Of a stretch of DNA of 39,789 nt, positions 26,064 through 34,788 are shown piece by piece (within the stretch, counting starts at the first letter, position 1; each line of letters opens with the position of its first letter). This DNA is from an uncultured Smithella sp. (GTDB lineage: Bacteria > Desulfobacterota > Syntrophia > Syntrophales > Smithellaceae), in contig CAYOPU010000002.1 of the NCBI GenBank assembly GCA_964405915.1, positions 1 to 39,789 of the forward strand, given 5' to 3'. A program made the translations under genes and the position numbers. A model generated the notes under the pieces. It searched no databases and had not been told where the DNA came from. It saw only the letters and a list, made by a program, of their open reading frames with translations.

Positions 26064-27092
26064 ATGGATGCCCGTGTAAAAAATCCCTTAATCAGCCCGA
26101 TTTGTGCAGAAGACGAAGGCGGTCTGGAAAATTCTTTGCGTCCGCCAAAGCTTGCTGATTATATCGGTCAGGACAAAGTGAAGAGCAACCTGTCGATCTT
26201 TATTGAAGCGGCCCGAAAAAGGCGTGAGTCGCTTGATCATGTTTTGTTATACGGTCCGCCGGGCCTGGGTAAAACGACATTGGCCTATATCATCGCCAGA
26301 GAACTGGCTGTGGATATCAAAGTGACTTCCGGCCCGGTGATTGAACGGCCGGGAGATCTGGCGGCGATTCTGACGAACATGCACGAGCATGAGGTTTTGT
26401 TTATTGATGAGATTCATCGGCTCTCTCATGTGGTGGAAGAAATTCTGTATCCGGCCATGGAGGATTTTCACATTGATATTTTAATCGGGCAGGGGCCGTC
26501 CGCCCGGTCGATGAAACTGGACATTCCCAAATTTACGCTGGTGGGTGCGACCACGCGCGCGGGATCTTTGACGTCGCCGTTGCGTGACCGTTTTGGCATG
26601 CACTTCCGCCTGGAATTTTACACGCCGCAGGAGCTGGCCGTGATTATCCAGCGATCGGCGACGATTCTGGGCGTCAAGTTGACCGTTGATGGAGCGGAAG
26701 AACTGGCCAAACGGGCGCGCGGTACGCCCCGGATCGCCAACCGGCTGCTCAAACGTGTCCGCGACTACGCGGAAGTGAAGGGCAACGGGACCATTGAGGG
26801 TAAAATCGCCCGCGAGGCGCTGGATGCTTTTGAAGTCGATCAAAAAGGTTTTGATCAAATGGACCGCAAGTTGCTTCTGGCGTTGATTGAAAAATTCAAC
26901 GGCGGCCCGGTGGGCGTGGAGAGTCTGGCGGCGGCAATTGGTGAAGAGCGGGTGACGATTGAGGATGTTTACGAGCCTTACTTGATTCAGGAAGGTTATC
27001 TGCAAAGAACGGCACGGGGCCGGATGGCCTGCGCCAAAGCTTATAAGCATTTCGGCCTGAAGCCATCGGGCGCTCAGAAGGAATTGTTTTAA
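26064..27092 (+). CDS. ruvB: Holliday junction DNA helicase RuvB
   Basis: 342 aa. Walker [10 protein letters not shown], Walker [10 protein letters not shown], then [18 protein letters not shown] and a C-terminal winged helix. Confidence 0.97.
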   Translation: MDARVKNPLISPICAEDEGGLENSLRPPKLADYIGQDKVKSNLSIFIEAARKRRESLDHVLLYGPPGLGKTTLAYIIARELAVDIKVTSGPVIERPGDLAAILTNMHEHEVLFIDEIHRLSHVVEEILYPAMEDFHIDILIGQGPSARSMKLDIPKFTLVGATTRAGSLTSPLRDRFGMHFRLEFYTPQELAVIIQRSATILGVKLTVDGAEELAKRARGTPRIANRLLKRVRDYAEVKGNGTIEGKIAREALDAFEVDQKGFDQMDRKLLLALIEKFNGGPVGVESLAAAIGEERVTIEDVYEPYLIQEGYLQRTARGRMACAKAYKHFGLKPSGAQKELF

Positions 27093-27182
27093 TCCCGCTG
27101 CTGCGGGACGCGCGTTAATTCTCCGCAGCTTGCTGCGATATAATGATGTTCATTTCATACCTCGACAGCTTGCTGCGAGGTG
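27089..27182 (-). repeat. 94-nt triple-hairpin intergenic repeat, copy B (inverted relative to copy A)
   Basis: The reverse complement reads CACCTCGCAGCAAGCTGTCGAGGTATGAAATGAACATCATTATATCGCAGCAAGCTGCGGAGAATTAACGCGCGTCCCGCAGCAGCGGGATTAA. The unit includes the ruvB stop codon (27090-27092). Confidence 0.9.
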
Positions 27183-27208
27183 TTTGATTCCGGAGGATCA
27201 TTTGTTTC

Positions 27209-27736
27209 ATGAAACTGCTCATGCATATCTGCTGCGGACCCTGCACGATTTATCCGCTCAAGGCGTTGAGGACGCATGGTCATGACGTAACCGGATTATT
27301 TTACAATCCCAATATTCATCCCTATCTGGAATATGCTCACCGCAAACAAACCCTTTACGACTATGCCGAAAAAATTCTTCTCAATGTGATCTGGCAGGAA
27401 GGTTACCCCCTGGAAAATTTTCTGCATCACGTAGCGATCAAGCATGAAGAAAGATGCATTTATTGCCTGACGGACCGTTTAAGATTTACAGCCGAGCAGG
27501 CAAAAAAAGAAAATTACGATGCCTTTACGTCCACGCTGCTTTACAGCCGTTTCCAGAAACATGAATTGATCCGGCAGACAGGTGAAACGCTGGGTCGCCA
27601 AATGGGAATTCCTTTCTTCTATGAAGATTTCCGCATCGGATGGAATGAAGGAGTCAAAATTTCCAAAGAACTGGGGATGTACCGTCAACCCTATTGCGGT
27701 TGTATTTATAGTGAAAAGGAACGATTTTATAAATAA
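27209..27736 (+). CDS. queH: Epoxyqueuosine reductase QueH (DUF208)
   Basis: 175 aa. HICCGPC near the N-terminus, FYNPNIHPYLEY, and C-terminal YRQPYCGCIYSEKERF, as in QueH. Confidence 0.85.
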   Translation: MKLLMHICCGPCTIYPLKALRTHGHDVTGLFYNPNIHPYLEYAHRKQTLYDYAEKILLNVIWQEGYPLENFLHHVAIKHEERCIYCLTDRLRFTAEQAKKENYDAFTSTLLYSRFQKHELIRQTGETLGRQMGIPFFYEDFRIGWNEGVKISKELGMYRQPYCGCIYSEKERFYK

Positions 27737-27888
27737 ATCTTTATATTCCGGTGTTTGGCCCGCATCAGGGCGCCCAGGTGTGTTGTTTTAGCCACACATA
27801 AATACGCAAGTCAAAATCCGATGGCAGTAAAAATCATGAAAGAACAAGAAAACCATGATGTTAAGATATATTCTTTACCTGATATGTT

Positions 27889-27904
27889 TGGTATGGTTAT
27901 TGCT
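27889..27904 (+). promoter_or_regulatory. Candidate sigma-54 (-24/-12) promoter TGGTATG-N4-TTGCT upstream of lpxC
   Basis: TGGTATGGTTATTGCT has GG (27890-27891) and GC (27902-27903) exactly 12 nt apart. It matches TGGCACG-N4-TTGCW at about 10 of 12 consensus positions. It lies 36 nt upstream of the lpxC ATG. Confidence 0.35.
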
Positions 27905-27939
27905 GGATTTAATATCCAGTATTCACAATAAGGGTTTAT

Positions 27940-28869
27940 ATGAATTTACAGCGCACACTGAAAAAAGAAATCCTTTGCTCCAGTATCGGTTTACATACCG
28001 GCCGCAAGGTTAATATGACCATTAAACCGGCTGCTGTTGATACCGGCATTATTTTCGTGCGCAAGGATTTACCGGCCGCCGGGCCGATTCCGGCGGACTT
28101 CAAGATGGTTTGCGATACCATGCTGGCCACGACGCTGGGATATGGCGGCGTGACGGTTTCTACCGTGGAACATCTCTTGTCGGCATGCAGCGGGATGGGT
28201 CTTGATAATGCCATTGTTGAACTTGATTCTTTTGAAGTGCCGATTATGGATGGAAGCGCCCGTCCGTTTGTCAATATGCTCAAGGCATCGGGCACACGGC
28301 ATCAGGGGCAGTCAAAAAAAATGCTGGTTATTAAAAAACCTGTTTCCGTGCAAGAAGGAACGGGAAGCGCCATGCTTCTGCCTTCCAGGGAGTTTCAAAT
28401 AACGTATGAAATTGATTTTGTTAACCGGGTCATCGGAAAACAGACCTTCAGTTTCGTATTTACCGATAAAAACTATGAAGATCTCATTTGCCAAGCGAGA
28501 ACTTTCGGTTTTTTAAAAGAAGTTGAATTTATGCAGGCCAAGGGGTTGGGTCTGGGCGGGTCGTTGGATAATGCAATCGTTCTCGACGATGAGAAAATCA
28601 TCAATAAAGAAGGTCTGCGGATGCCGGATGAATTTGTCAAACATAAAATTCTGGATGCCATCGGCGATTTGTTTTTACTGGGGATGCCGATCATCGGCCA
28701 CTTTGTGGCATATAAATCAGGCCACCGGTTGAATAATCTTTTATTGCGGGAACTTATGCGGCAAGAGGACAGTTGGGAAATTATCACGGATTACGATCAA
28801 CGCCAGACTGCAAAGTTGACCCCCTGCAAGATTCCGTCCTTTACCATTCTGGATGCCGCGCAAATCTGA
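27940..28869 (+). CDS. lpxC: UDP-3-O-acyl-N-acetylglucosamine deacetylase LpxC
   Basis: 309 aa. GLHTGRKV, TTLG, VSTVEHLLSA, EVPIMDGSARPF, HKILDAIGDL, SGHRLNN. Confidence 0.96.
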   Translation: MNLQRTLKKEILCSSIGLHTGRKVNMTIKPAAVDTGIIFVRKDLPAAGPIPADFKMVCDTMLATTLGYGGVTVSTVEHLLSACSGMGLDNAIVELDSFEVPIMDGSARPFVNMLKASGTRHQGQSKKMLVIKKPVSVQEGTGSAMLLPSREFQITYEIDFVNRVIGKQTFSFVFTDKNYEDLICQARTFGFLKEVEFMQAKGLGLGGSLDNAIVLDDEKIINKEGLRMPDEFVKHKILDAIGDLFLLGMPIIGHFVAYKSGHRLNNLLLRELMRQEDSWEIITDYDQRQTAKLTPCKIPSFTILDAAQI

Positions 28870-28996
28870 AGGTTTTCTGAAATTATCAATATCTTTGTTC
28901 AACCCAAATTCACCTTGATTTTTATTGACAGGTTACCTAGTATGCGTTGCTAAAGCTTTTTGGGCAGCGAAATACGCGGATGGTCCTGGAGAGAAA

Positions 28997-29584
28997 ATGG
29001 CTTGTATGATAAAAAAGCTGAGTCGTTTCCGGCAGGCGATGGGCATGATTTTTCTGATGACCATGTTCATGGTTCCGTCATCGGTGCGTGCGGACACGGC
29101 TCCCCGGATGGTCGATCTTTTAATCACCAGCAACACAGAAAAGGTGCTTTTATACGCCAGACTGGCGAATTGTTTCAAACCGGAAATGGAGTCCGCCATC
29201 ATGGCGGGCGTTCCCGCCATTTTTACCCTGCACATCGAAGTTTATCAGGAAAGGTCTTATCTCTGGAACAAAAATATCGTCAGCAAAGAAATTCACCGCA
29301 CGATCAAGTATGACAATTTAAAAAAGTCATTTTTAGTGACGACAAACGGCGATGATCAGCCGACGGTTTTTCCGGATTTTCAAAGCGCACAAAAAGCGAT
29401 GGCGGATTTGAATGGAATTTCCGTTGTTCCTCTTTCCCGTCTATCAAAAGGCAATGATTACCATGCCCGGGTCAAAGTTAAAATGGACAAGGTGCGGCTG
29501 CCTTTTAAAATGGAGTATGTGTTATTCTTCGTGTCTTTGTGGGATTTTGAAACACCGTTGTATAAGATAAGATTTTCCTATTAA
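28997..29584 (+). CDS. DUF4390 domain protein (periplasmic, signal peptide)
   Basis: The track ORF starts at TTG 28925. I prefer ATG 28997 (GGAGAG SD 3 nt upstream): MACMIKKLSRFRQAMGMIFLMTMFMVPSSVRA/DT. The body (AIMAGVPAIFTLHIEVYQERSYLWNKNIV...IKYDNLKKSFLV...LPFKMEYVLFFVSLWDFETP) fits the DUF4390 pattern that usually precedes ntrY. Confidence 0.7.
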   Translation: MACMIKKLSRFRQAMGMIFLMTMFMVPSSVRADTAPRMVDLLITSNTEKVLLYARLANCFKPEMESAIMAGVPAIFTLHIEVYQERSYLWNKNIVSKEIHRTIKYDNLKKSFLVTTNGDDQPTVFPDFQSAQKAMADLNGISVVPLSRLSKGNDYHARVKVKMDKVRLPFKMEYVLFFVSLWDFETPLYKIRFSY

Positions 29585-29627
29585 TCATCAGGGTTTCTTT
29601 CGGTGCGAAAGTTGATCAACGCCGCTC

Positions 29628-31850
29628 ATGAACATTAAGAAAAAATCCGGAAAAGTGCATATCGATGAACGGGAGTTAAGAAAGCGAAAGCGTGAACGAA
29701 TTCTGATGCTGGTTGTCGGTTGTCTGGCAATCGTTTTTACGATTCTGGCCAGTCAGTTTTCTTCCCGGAAAGAGCTGCCGATATCGTCCAATATCCTGGT
29801 GTATGGTCTGACCAGCGTTAATATTATCCTGATTCTGCTTTTGCTTTTCCTGATTGTCCGCAATATTTTTAAAATTTTTTCAGAACGCCGCAAGGGGATT
29901 ATCGGCTCCAGACTGCGTACCAAGCTGGTTGCCGCGTTTGTCGGGTTGTCGCTTGTTCCGACCATTCTCCTGTTTCTGTTTGCCATTAATTTTCTCTCCT
30001 ATTCGATCGAATTCTGGTTTAACATTAAAATCGGCGATGCCTTGGGCCGATCTCTGGAAGTCGCCCAGCTTTACTATGCCCAGGCCGAGGAGATGGCCAA
30101 ATTTCATGCCCGTCAAATCAGCGCGGACATTACCCAGAGCCATCTCTATGATATGGACCGGTCGGATTACCTGAATCGTTTACTTGCGCAGCGCCAGAAA
30201 AGTTATAAAGTGGGCAGAGTGGAAGCCTATTTTGATTTTAAAGGCGAAAGTATTGCGTTTGCCGATGCCGAAAATGCCTCGTTGGCTCCTATTGAACTGT
30301 CGCCGAAAATGCTGGAAGACATCTATTCCGGCAAAGAAATATCGACAGTGTCCCCCACGCCTGCCGGGGAGGCGATTGTCGGCGTCGTTCCTGTTTTTTC
30401 TTATGCCGTTCCGACGGAAGTCATCGGTCGGGTTTCTGTGATCTACAGCGTTCCCCGTGGATTCGGCGATAAACTGCGGAGCATTGCCGATGCTTCTGAA
30501 CACTACGGACAGGTTAAGCTCTTAAAAAATCCAATCAAGTTCAATTACGTGGTGACGCTGTCAATTGTGACGCTGGTGATTATCTTTCTGGCGACATGGT
30601 TTGGTCTGTCACTGGCGAAAAGCATCACGAATCCCATCCAGGATCTTGTGTCGGCAACCAACAGAATCACTCAGGGCGATCTGGCCAGCCGCATTGACAT
30701 CGATGCTGACGATGAAATCGGAATTTTGGTCAAATCATTCAACTCAATGACGGATGACCTGCAGAAAAGCAAAGCGGGCCTGGAAGAGGCCAATATCTCT
30801 CTTGACCAGCGACGTAAATATATGGCCGCCGTTTTGCGCAATGTTTCCGCGGGAATTATTTCCGTCGATAAAAATGGCACGATTACCACCATTAACCGCG
30901 CCGCGGAAGCCATGCTTGAAATTGACGCTTCTCAATTTCTTTTCCGGAAGTATCGAGAACTTTTGCTCGATGAGCACCTTGCTCTGGTGGATGGGTTCCT
31001 GCTGGAAATGAAGGAGAACCATGAACGGATACTGGAAAAACAGTTGGAGCTGACGCTGCGGGATAAGGCTTTAACCATCCTGCTGACGTTGACCACGATT
31101 GAGGATGAAGAAGGCAACGATTCCGGTATTGTCGCCGTGTTTGAAGATTTGACGGAGTTGCAGAAGGCGGAACGTGCCGCGGCCTGGCGGGAAGTGGCCC
31201 GGCGCATGGCGCATGAGATTAAAAATCCGCTTACGCCCGTGCAGCTATCCGCGCAGAGGCTTCAGCGTAAATACGGGGACAAACTGGGCGAAGAGGGATC
31301 CGTCTTTAAGGAATGCACACAGACCATCATCGATCAGGTGGAGGTGCTTAAAAATCTGGTCAACGAGTTCTCCCGCTATGCACGTATGCCCGTGACGACG
31401 CTGGCTCCCAATGATCTCAACGCGGTTGTGTCCGAGGCCGTGACCCTTTTTGTGGACGCTCATAAAGACATTCAGTTTGAATACAGTCCGGCGGAGGGAC
31501 TGCCGAAATTCAATCTGGATGCCGAGCAGATCAATCGCGTCATGATTAATCTGCTGGATAACGCTGTCGCTTCCCTGAATAAGCAGGCCGGGCACATTGC
31601 GGTTATCATAAGATATCACGAACCGCACAAAACCGTAACGGTTGCCGTTGCCGACGACGGCGCCGGTGTTCCGGCCAGTTACAAGCGGAAAGTATTCGAG
31701 CCGTATTTTTCAACCAAGAAATCAGGAACGGGGCTGGGGCTGGCGATTGTCAGTTCCATTATATCGGACCATAAAGGTCAAGTCAGGATTGGCGACAACC
31801 ATCCGACCGGAACGATTATATCTTTTCAGTTGCCCGTTTCCGAAGTTTAA
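29628..31850 (+). CDS. ntrY: NtrY-like sensor histidine kinase (TM - HAMP - PAS - HisKA - HATPase)
   Basis: 740 aa. N-terminal TM helices, HAMP (NPIQDLVSATNRITQGDLASRI...ILVKSFNSMTDDL), PAS, H-box AWREVARRMAHEIKNPLTPVQLSAQRL, then NLLDNAV, DDGAGV, GTGLGL. Confidence 0.88.
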   Translation: MNIKKKSGKVHIDERELRKRKRERILMLVVGCLAIVFTILASQFSSRKELPISSNILVYGLTSVNIILILLLLFLIVRNIFKIFSERRKGIIGSRLRTKLVAAFVGLSLVPTILLFLFAINFLSYSIEFWFNIKIGDALGRSLEVAQLYYAQAEEMAKFHARQISADITQSHLYDMDRSDYLNRLLAQRQKSYKVGRVEAYFDFKGESIAFADAENASLAPIELSPKMLEDIYSGKEISTVSPTPAGEAIVGVVPVFSYAVPTEVIGRVSVIYSVPRGFGDKLRSIADASEHYGQVKLLKNPIKFNYVVTLSIVTLVIIFLATWFGLSLAKSITNPIQDLVSATNRITQGDLASRIDIDADDEIGILVKSFNSMTDDLQKSKAGLEEANISLDQRRKYMAAVLRNVSAGIISVDKNGTITTINRAAEAMLEIDASQFLFRKYRELLLDEHLALVDGFLLEMKENHERILEKQLELTLRDKALTILLTLTTIEDEEGNDSGIVAVFEDLTELQKAERAAAWREVARRMAHEIKNPLTPVQLSAQRLQRKYGDKLGEEGSVFKECTQTIIDQVEVLKNLVNEFSRYARMPVTTLAPNDLNAVVSEAVTLFVDAHKDIQFEYSPAEGLPKFNLDAEQINRVMINLLDNAVASLNKQAGHIAVIIRYHEPHKTVTVAVADDGAGVPASYKRKVFEPYFSTKKSGTGLGLAIVSSIISDHKGQVRIGDNHPTGTIISFQLPVSEV

Positions 31851-31882
31851 TCTATAAATGAAAGCGAAGTTGAGAAAGCCTT

Positions 31883-33253
31883 ATGAATGAAACAATTCTG
31901 GTCGTAGATGATGAAGTCAGCATCTGTCAGTCCCTGAAAGCTATTCTGGAGGATGAGGGCTTTCACGTGCTGGTGGCGGGCAGCGGTGAAGAGGCGATTA
32001 AGATTGTGGCGGAAGAAATGCCGCAGCTGGTTCTGCTGGATATCTGGCTGCCCGGCATTGATGGTCTGGAAACACTCAAAGCCATTCATGCCGCCCATCC
32101 GAATGTGCTGATCATTATGATGTCCGGTCACGGTACCATTGAGACAGCGGTGCGGGCAACCAAGCTGGGTGCTTTTGATTTCATTGAAAAACCCCTGTCC
32201 CTGGACAAAGTGATCATCCTGGTCAACAATGCGCTCAATGTGGTTCGTCTGGAAGAAGAAAATATTTTATTAAAGCAGAAAGTATCGCATCAGTATGAGT
32301 TGACCGGGACCAGTTCGGTGATTAACGAACTCAAGGAAATGATCAGCATTGTTGCTCCGACCAACGCGTGGATTCTAATTATGGGTGAAAACGGCACGGG
32401 CAAGGAGCTGGTGGCGCGTTCCATTCATCATTTGAGCCGCCGGTCGCACAAACCGATTGTGGAAGTCAACTGTGCGGCGATTCCCGAAGAACTGATTGAG
32501 AGTGAATTGTTCGGGCATGAAAAAGGCGCTTTTACCGGCGCCACCGAAAAAAAGCGAGGCAAGTTCGATCTGGCCCATGAAGGCACTATCTTCCTGGATG
32601 AAGTTGCGGACATGAGCCTCAAGGCGCAGGCAAAGATTTTGCGGATTCTGCAGGAGAAAAAATTCGAAAGAGTCGGCGGCAATAAAGTCATTGATATGGA
32701 TGTGCGGGTTTTGGCCGCAACGAATAAAGATTTGGAGAAAGAGATGGAAGCAGGCCGTTTCCGTCAGGATCTCTATTATCGTCTGCACGTCATCCCGTTA
32801 CACGTGCCGCCGCTTCGAGACCGAAAAGACGATATCCCTTTTCTGACGGAACGTTTTCTTCGTGACTTTGCCGCGAAAGAGGGTGATCCGCCGAAGACCT
32901 TGACCGACGGTGCTTTAGATAAGCTGATGGTGCATAATTGGCCCGGCAATGTCCGGGAACTGAAAAATATTATTGAAAGACTGATTATCCTGACGCCGTC
33001 CAGTGAGATCAAAGCGGATGATATTCCTGAGCTGAGCATCAGGGCGGAGCAAGGCGTTTTTGCATCGGAGCTGTCCGCCGCCGGTGATTCGTTAAGAGAC
33101 GCCAGATTGGATTTTGAAAGACAGTTTATTATTAAAAAACTCGAAGAGTACGACGGCAATATTTCCAGGACAGCCGAAGCCATCGGTCTGGAACGAAGCA
33201 ATCTGCACAAAAAACTGAAAACGCTCAAAGTGGTGACGAAAGAAGATAAGTAA
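31883..33253 (+). CDS. ntrX: Sigma-54-dependent response regulator (REC - AAA+ - Fis HTH), NtrX/NtrC family
   Basis: 456 aa. Receiver (LVLLDIWLPGIDG), Walker A GENGTGKE, intact GAFTGA (FGHEKGAFTGA), Walker B IFLDEVADM, FRQDLYYRL, and C-terminal HTH (NISRTAEAIGLERSNLHKKLK). Confidence 0.92.
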   Translation: MNETILVVDDEVSICQSLKAILEDEGFHVLVAGSGEEAIKIVAEEMPQLVLLDIWLPGIDGLETLKAIHAAHPNVLIIMMSGHGTIETAVRATKLGAFDFIEKPLSLDKVIILVNNALNVVRLEEENILLKQKVSHQYELTGTSSVINELKEMISIVAPTNAWILIMGENGTGKELVARSIHHLSRRSHKPIVEVNCAAIPEELIESELFGHEKGAFTGATEKKRGKFDLAHEGTIFLDEVADMSLKAQAKILRILQEKKFERVGGNKVIDMDVRVLAATNKDLEKEMEAGRFRQDLYYRLHVIPLHVPPLRDRKDDIPFLTERFLRDFAAKEGDPPKTLTDGALDKLMVHNWPGNVRELKNIIERLIILTPSSEIKADDIPELSIRAEQGVFASELSAAGDSLRDARLDFERQFIIKKLEEYDGNISRTAEAIGLERSNLHKKLKTLKVVTKEDK

Positions 33254-33257
33254 TAGG

Positions 33258-34265
33258 TTATAACCTGTTATCCATGACCGCTGACCTGCCGTTTTGTCCC
33301 ATCTGTTTTGTTATATCGGAAATGGAAAATTTATTGAAGGGCAGGAAGATGACACCCAGGACGATCAAAACAATCATGGACAGGAAGTGGTAGACCAGGG
33401 CAAAGGAAAGACCTTCGGGCTTTGCTATGCCGAATAGGCTTAAACCCAGAATACAGGCATAATGCCAATTGCCGATAAAACCGGGAGCCGTGGGGATCGC
33501 GATACCTGCGATCAGAATAACCATGACGACGAAGGCTGCCAGAATCGGCAGGTTAAAGCCGAACGCCAGAAAAAGCGCATAAATCGCGGCGACATCCACA
33601 AGCCAGACCACGGCTGATAAAAACAGTAAATAGAGAAGCCTTTTCACATCGGTGATAACTTGAAAACCATCAATAAAATGGTGGATCACATGATTGACTT
33701 TTTGTGAAAGTTTTCCGGGCAGGAAGCGCAAAATCCGGTCGATGATTTTAACGGTGGTTGCTTTGCGCCATACTAATCCAATAATACAGGCGATCATCAA
33801 CACGGTCACCATAAAAAAAAGGATGCCGGATTTTATCATCCAGGGCGGTAAATCCTGCAGAATAAGAACCGTAATAGTAATGGTCAGTACTGCAAGGCTG
33901 TCCAGTACCCTTTCCACAACGACCGTCCCGAGCGCTGAAGACATTTTGATGGAGCTTTTTTTTGCGATTAAATAGGGTCTGGCCAGTTCACCGATGCGGG
34001 CCGGAATCGCGGCAATGGCCAGAAAACCGACGCAGGTTACGGAAAAAAGAGTGAGTTGATTCATTTTTTCCAGAGGTTGTAAAATGACTCCCCAGCGGTA
34101 GGATCGCAAAGCCTGCATGAAGACAATAAAGAAAAGAGACAAGGCGGCATAGCTCAGGTTGATTTTCTTCAGATGGGAAATGGTCTCATTAAAATTAATT
34201 CCCCGGACGGAGAAGTAAATCAGGACAATGCCAAGCGCAACGCCGAAAAGAAGTTTCTTATTCAT
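33258..34265 (-). CDS. Lysylphosphatidylglycerol-synthase-TM-region-like (UPF0104, flippase-like) membrane protein
   Basis: 335 aa polytopic protein. The N-terminus LLFGVALGIVLIYFSVRGINFNETISHLKKINLSYAALSLFFIVFMQALRSYRWGVIL follows the typical UPF0104 pattern. Confidence 0.65.
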   Translation of the reverse strand: MNKKLLFGVALGIVLIYFSVRGINFNETISHLKKINLSYAALSLFFIVFMQALRSYRWGVILQPLEKMNQLTLFSVTCVGFLAIAAIPARIGELARPYLIAKKSSIKMSSALGTVVVERVLDSLAVLTITITVLILQDLPPWMIKSGILFFMVTVLMIACIIGLVWRKATTVKIIDRILRFLPGKLSQKVNHVIHHFIDGFQVITDVKRLLYLLFLSAVVWLVDVAAIYALFLAFGFNLPILAAFVVMVILIAGIAIPTAPGFIGNWHYACILGLSLFGIAKPEGLSFALVYHFLSMIVLIVLGVIFLPFNKFSISDITKQMGQNGRSAVMDNRL

Positions 34266-34304
34266 GAGGATGCCAAGCCCGGCCTTTAGTGTAATGCCCT
34301 GAAA

Positions 34305-34706
34305 TTAGATTTTGGCCAGATTGTCGGCAATTTTGTCGTGGAGAAGCTGGGAGGACAGCTTGTTTCCCATCAGTCCGACGCGAACGGCAACGGATGTCTG
34401 ATTTTTTGTCCGGTAGGCAATTTCAATCTGCACCTTTTCGCCATTGATGACGGTCGTGATTTTTCCCCGGGCGATTTCTTTTACGGGCTGAACTTCCGTG
34501 CCGTTCATCTCCGCGACCGTTTTTTCACAGGCGTTCCAAACTTTATCAAAAGAAGCGGCGTAGTCCGTTTTGAGTTCGCCGTTTGTATAGAAATAGGTGC
34601 CGACGCCCGCTCCGACCGCGGCGCTGCCTGCAACGAGGGCGGCACAGCCGGACAAAAGAAAAAGAACAAACAGGCAGATGATTAAATGACATTTATGGTT
34701 GTTCAT
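34305..34706 (-). CDS. DUF3568-like lipoprotein
   Basis: 133 aa. Lipobox LLSGC, a Gly/Ala-rich stretch (AALVAGSAAVGAGVGTYFYTNGELKTDY), then a small beta-rich domain. Family assignment is from memory. Confidence 0.6.
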   Translation of the reverse strand: MNNHKCHLIICLFVLFLLSGCAALVAGSAAVGAGVGTYFYTNGELKTDYAASFDKVWNACEKTVAEMNGTEVQPVKEIARGKITTVINGEKVQIEIAYRTKNQTSVAVRVGLMGNKLSSQLLHDKIADNLAKI

Positions 34707-34788
34707 ATTTGCGTCTCCAGACCATTTGATTTTTTTGCGAAGTTAATCATATTGTTGACTGGAATGCAACCCTATTATGGGTAAGACT

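Noticed and set aside
26481-27050. 189-aa minus-strand ORF
   Set aside because: It is antisense to ruvB. It is a shadow ORF.
27093-27208. Possible preQ1 riboswitch upstream of queH
   Set aside because: The spacer is almost entirely occupied by repeat copy B. I could not find the preQ1-I/II consensus loops.
27836-27931. 31-aa ORF (MKEQENHDVKIYSLPDMFGMVIAGFNIQYSQ) in the AT-rich lpxC leader region
   Set aside because: It has no SD and overlaps the sigma-54 promoter candidate. The AT-rich sequence gives chance ORFs.
28925-28957. TTG start used by the ORF track for the DUF4390 gene, and a TTGACA hexamer at 28925-28930
   Set aside because: The N-terminal 24 residues from the TTG precede the signal peptide and lack an SD, so ATG 28997 with GGAGAG is better. 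No acceptable -10 hexamer lies 16-18 nt downstream of the TTGACA.
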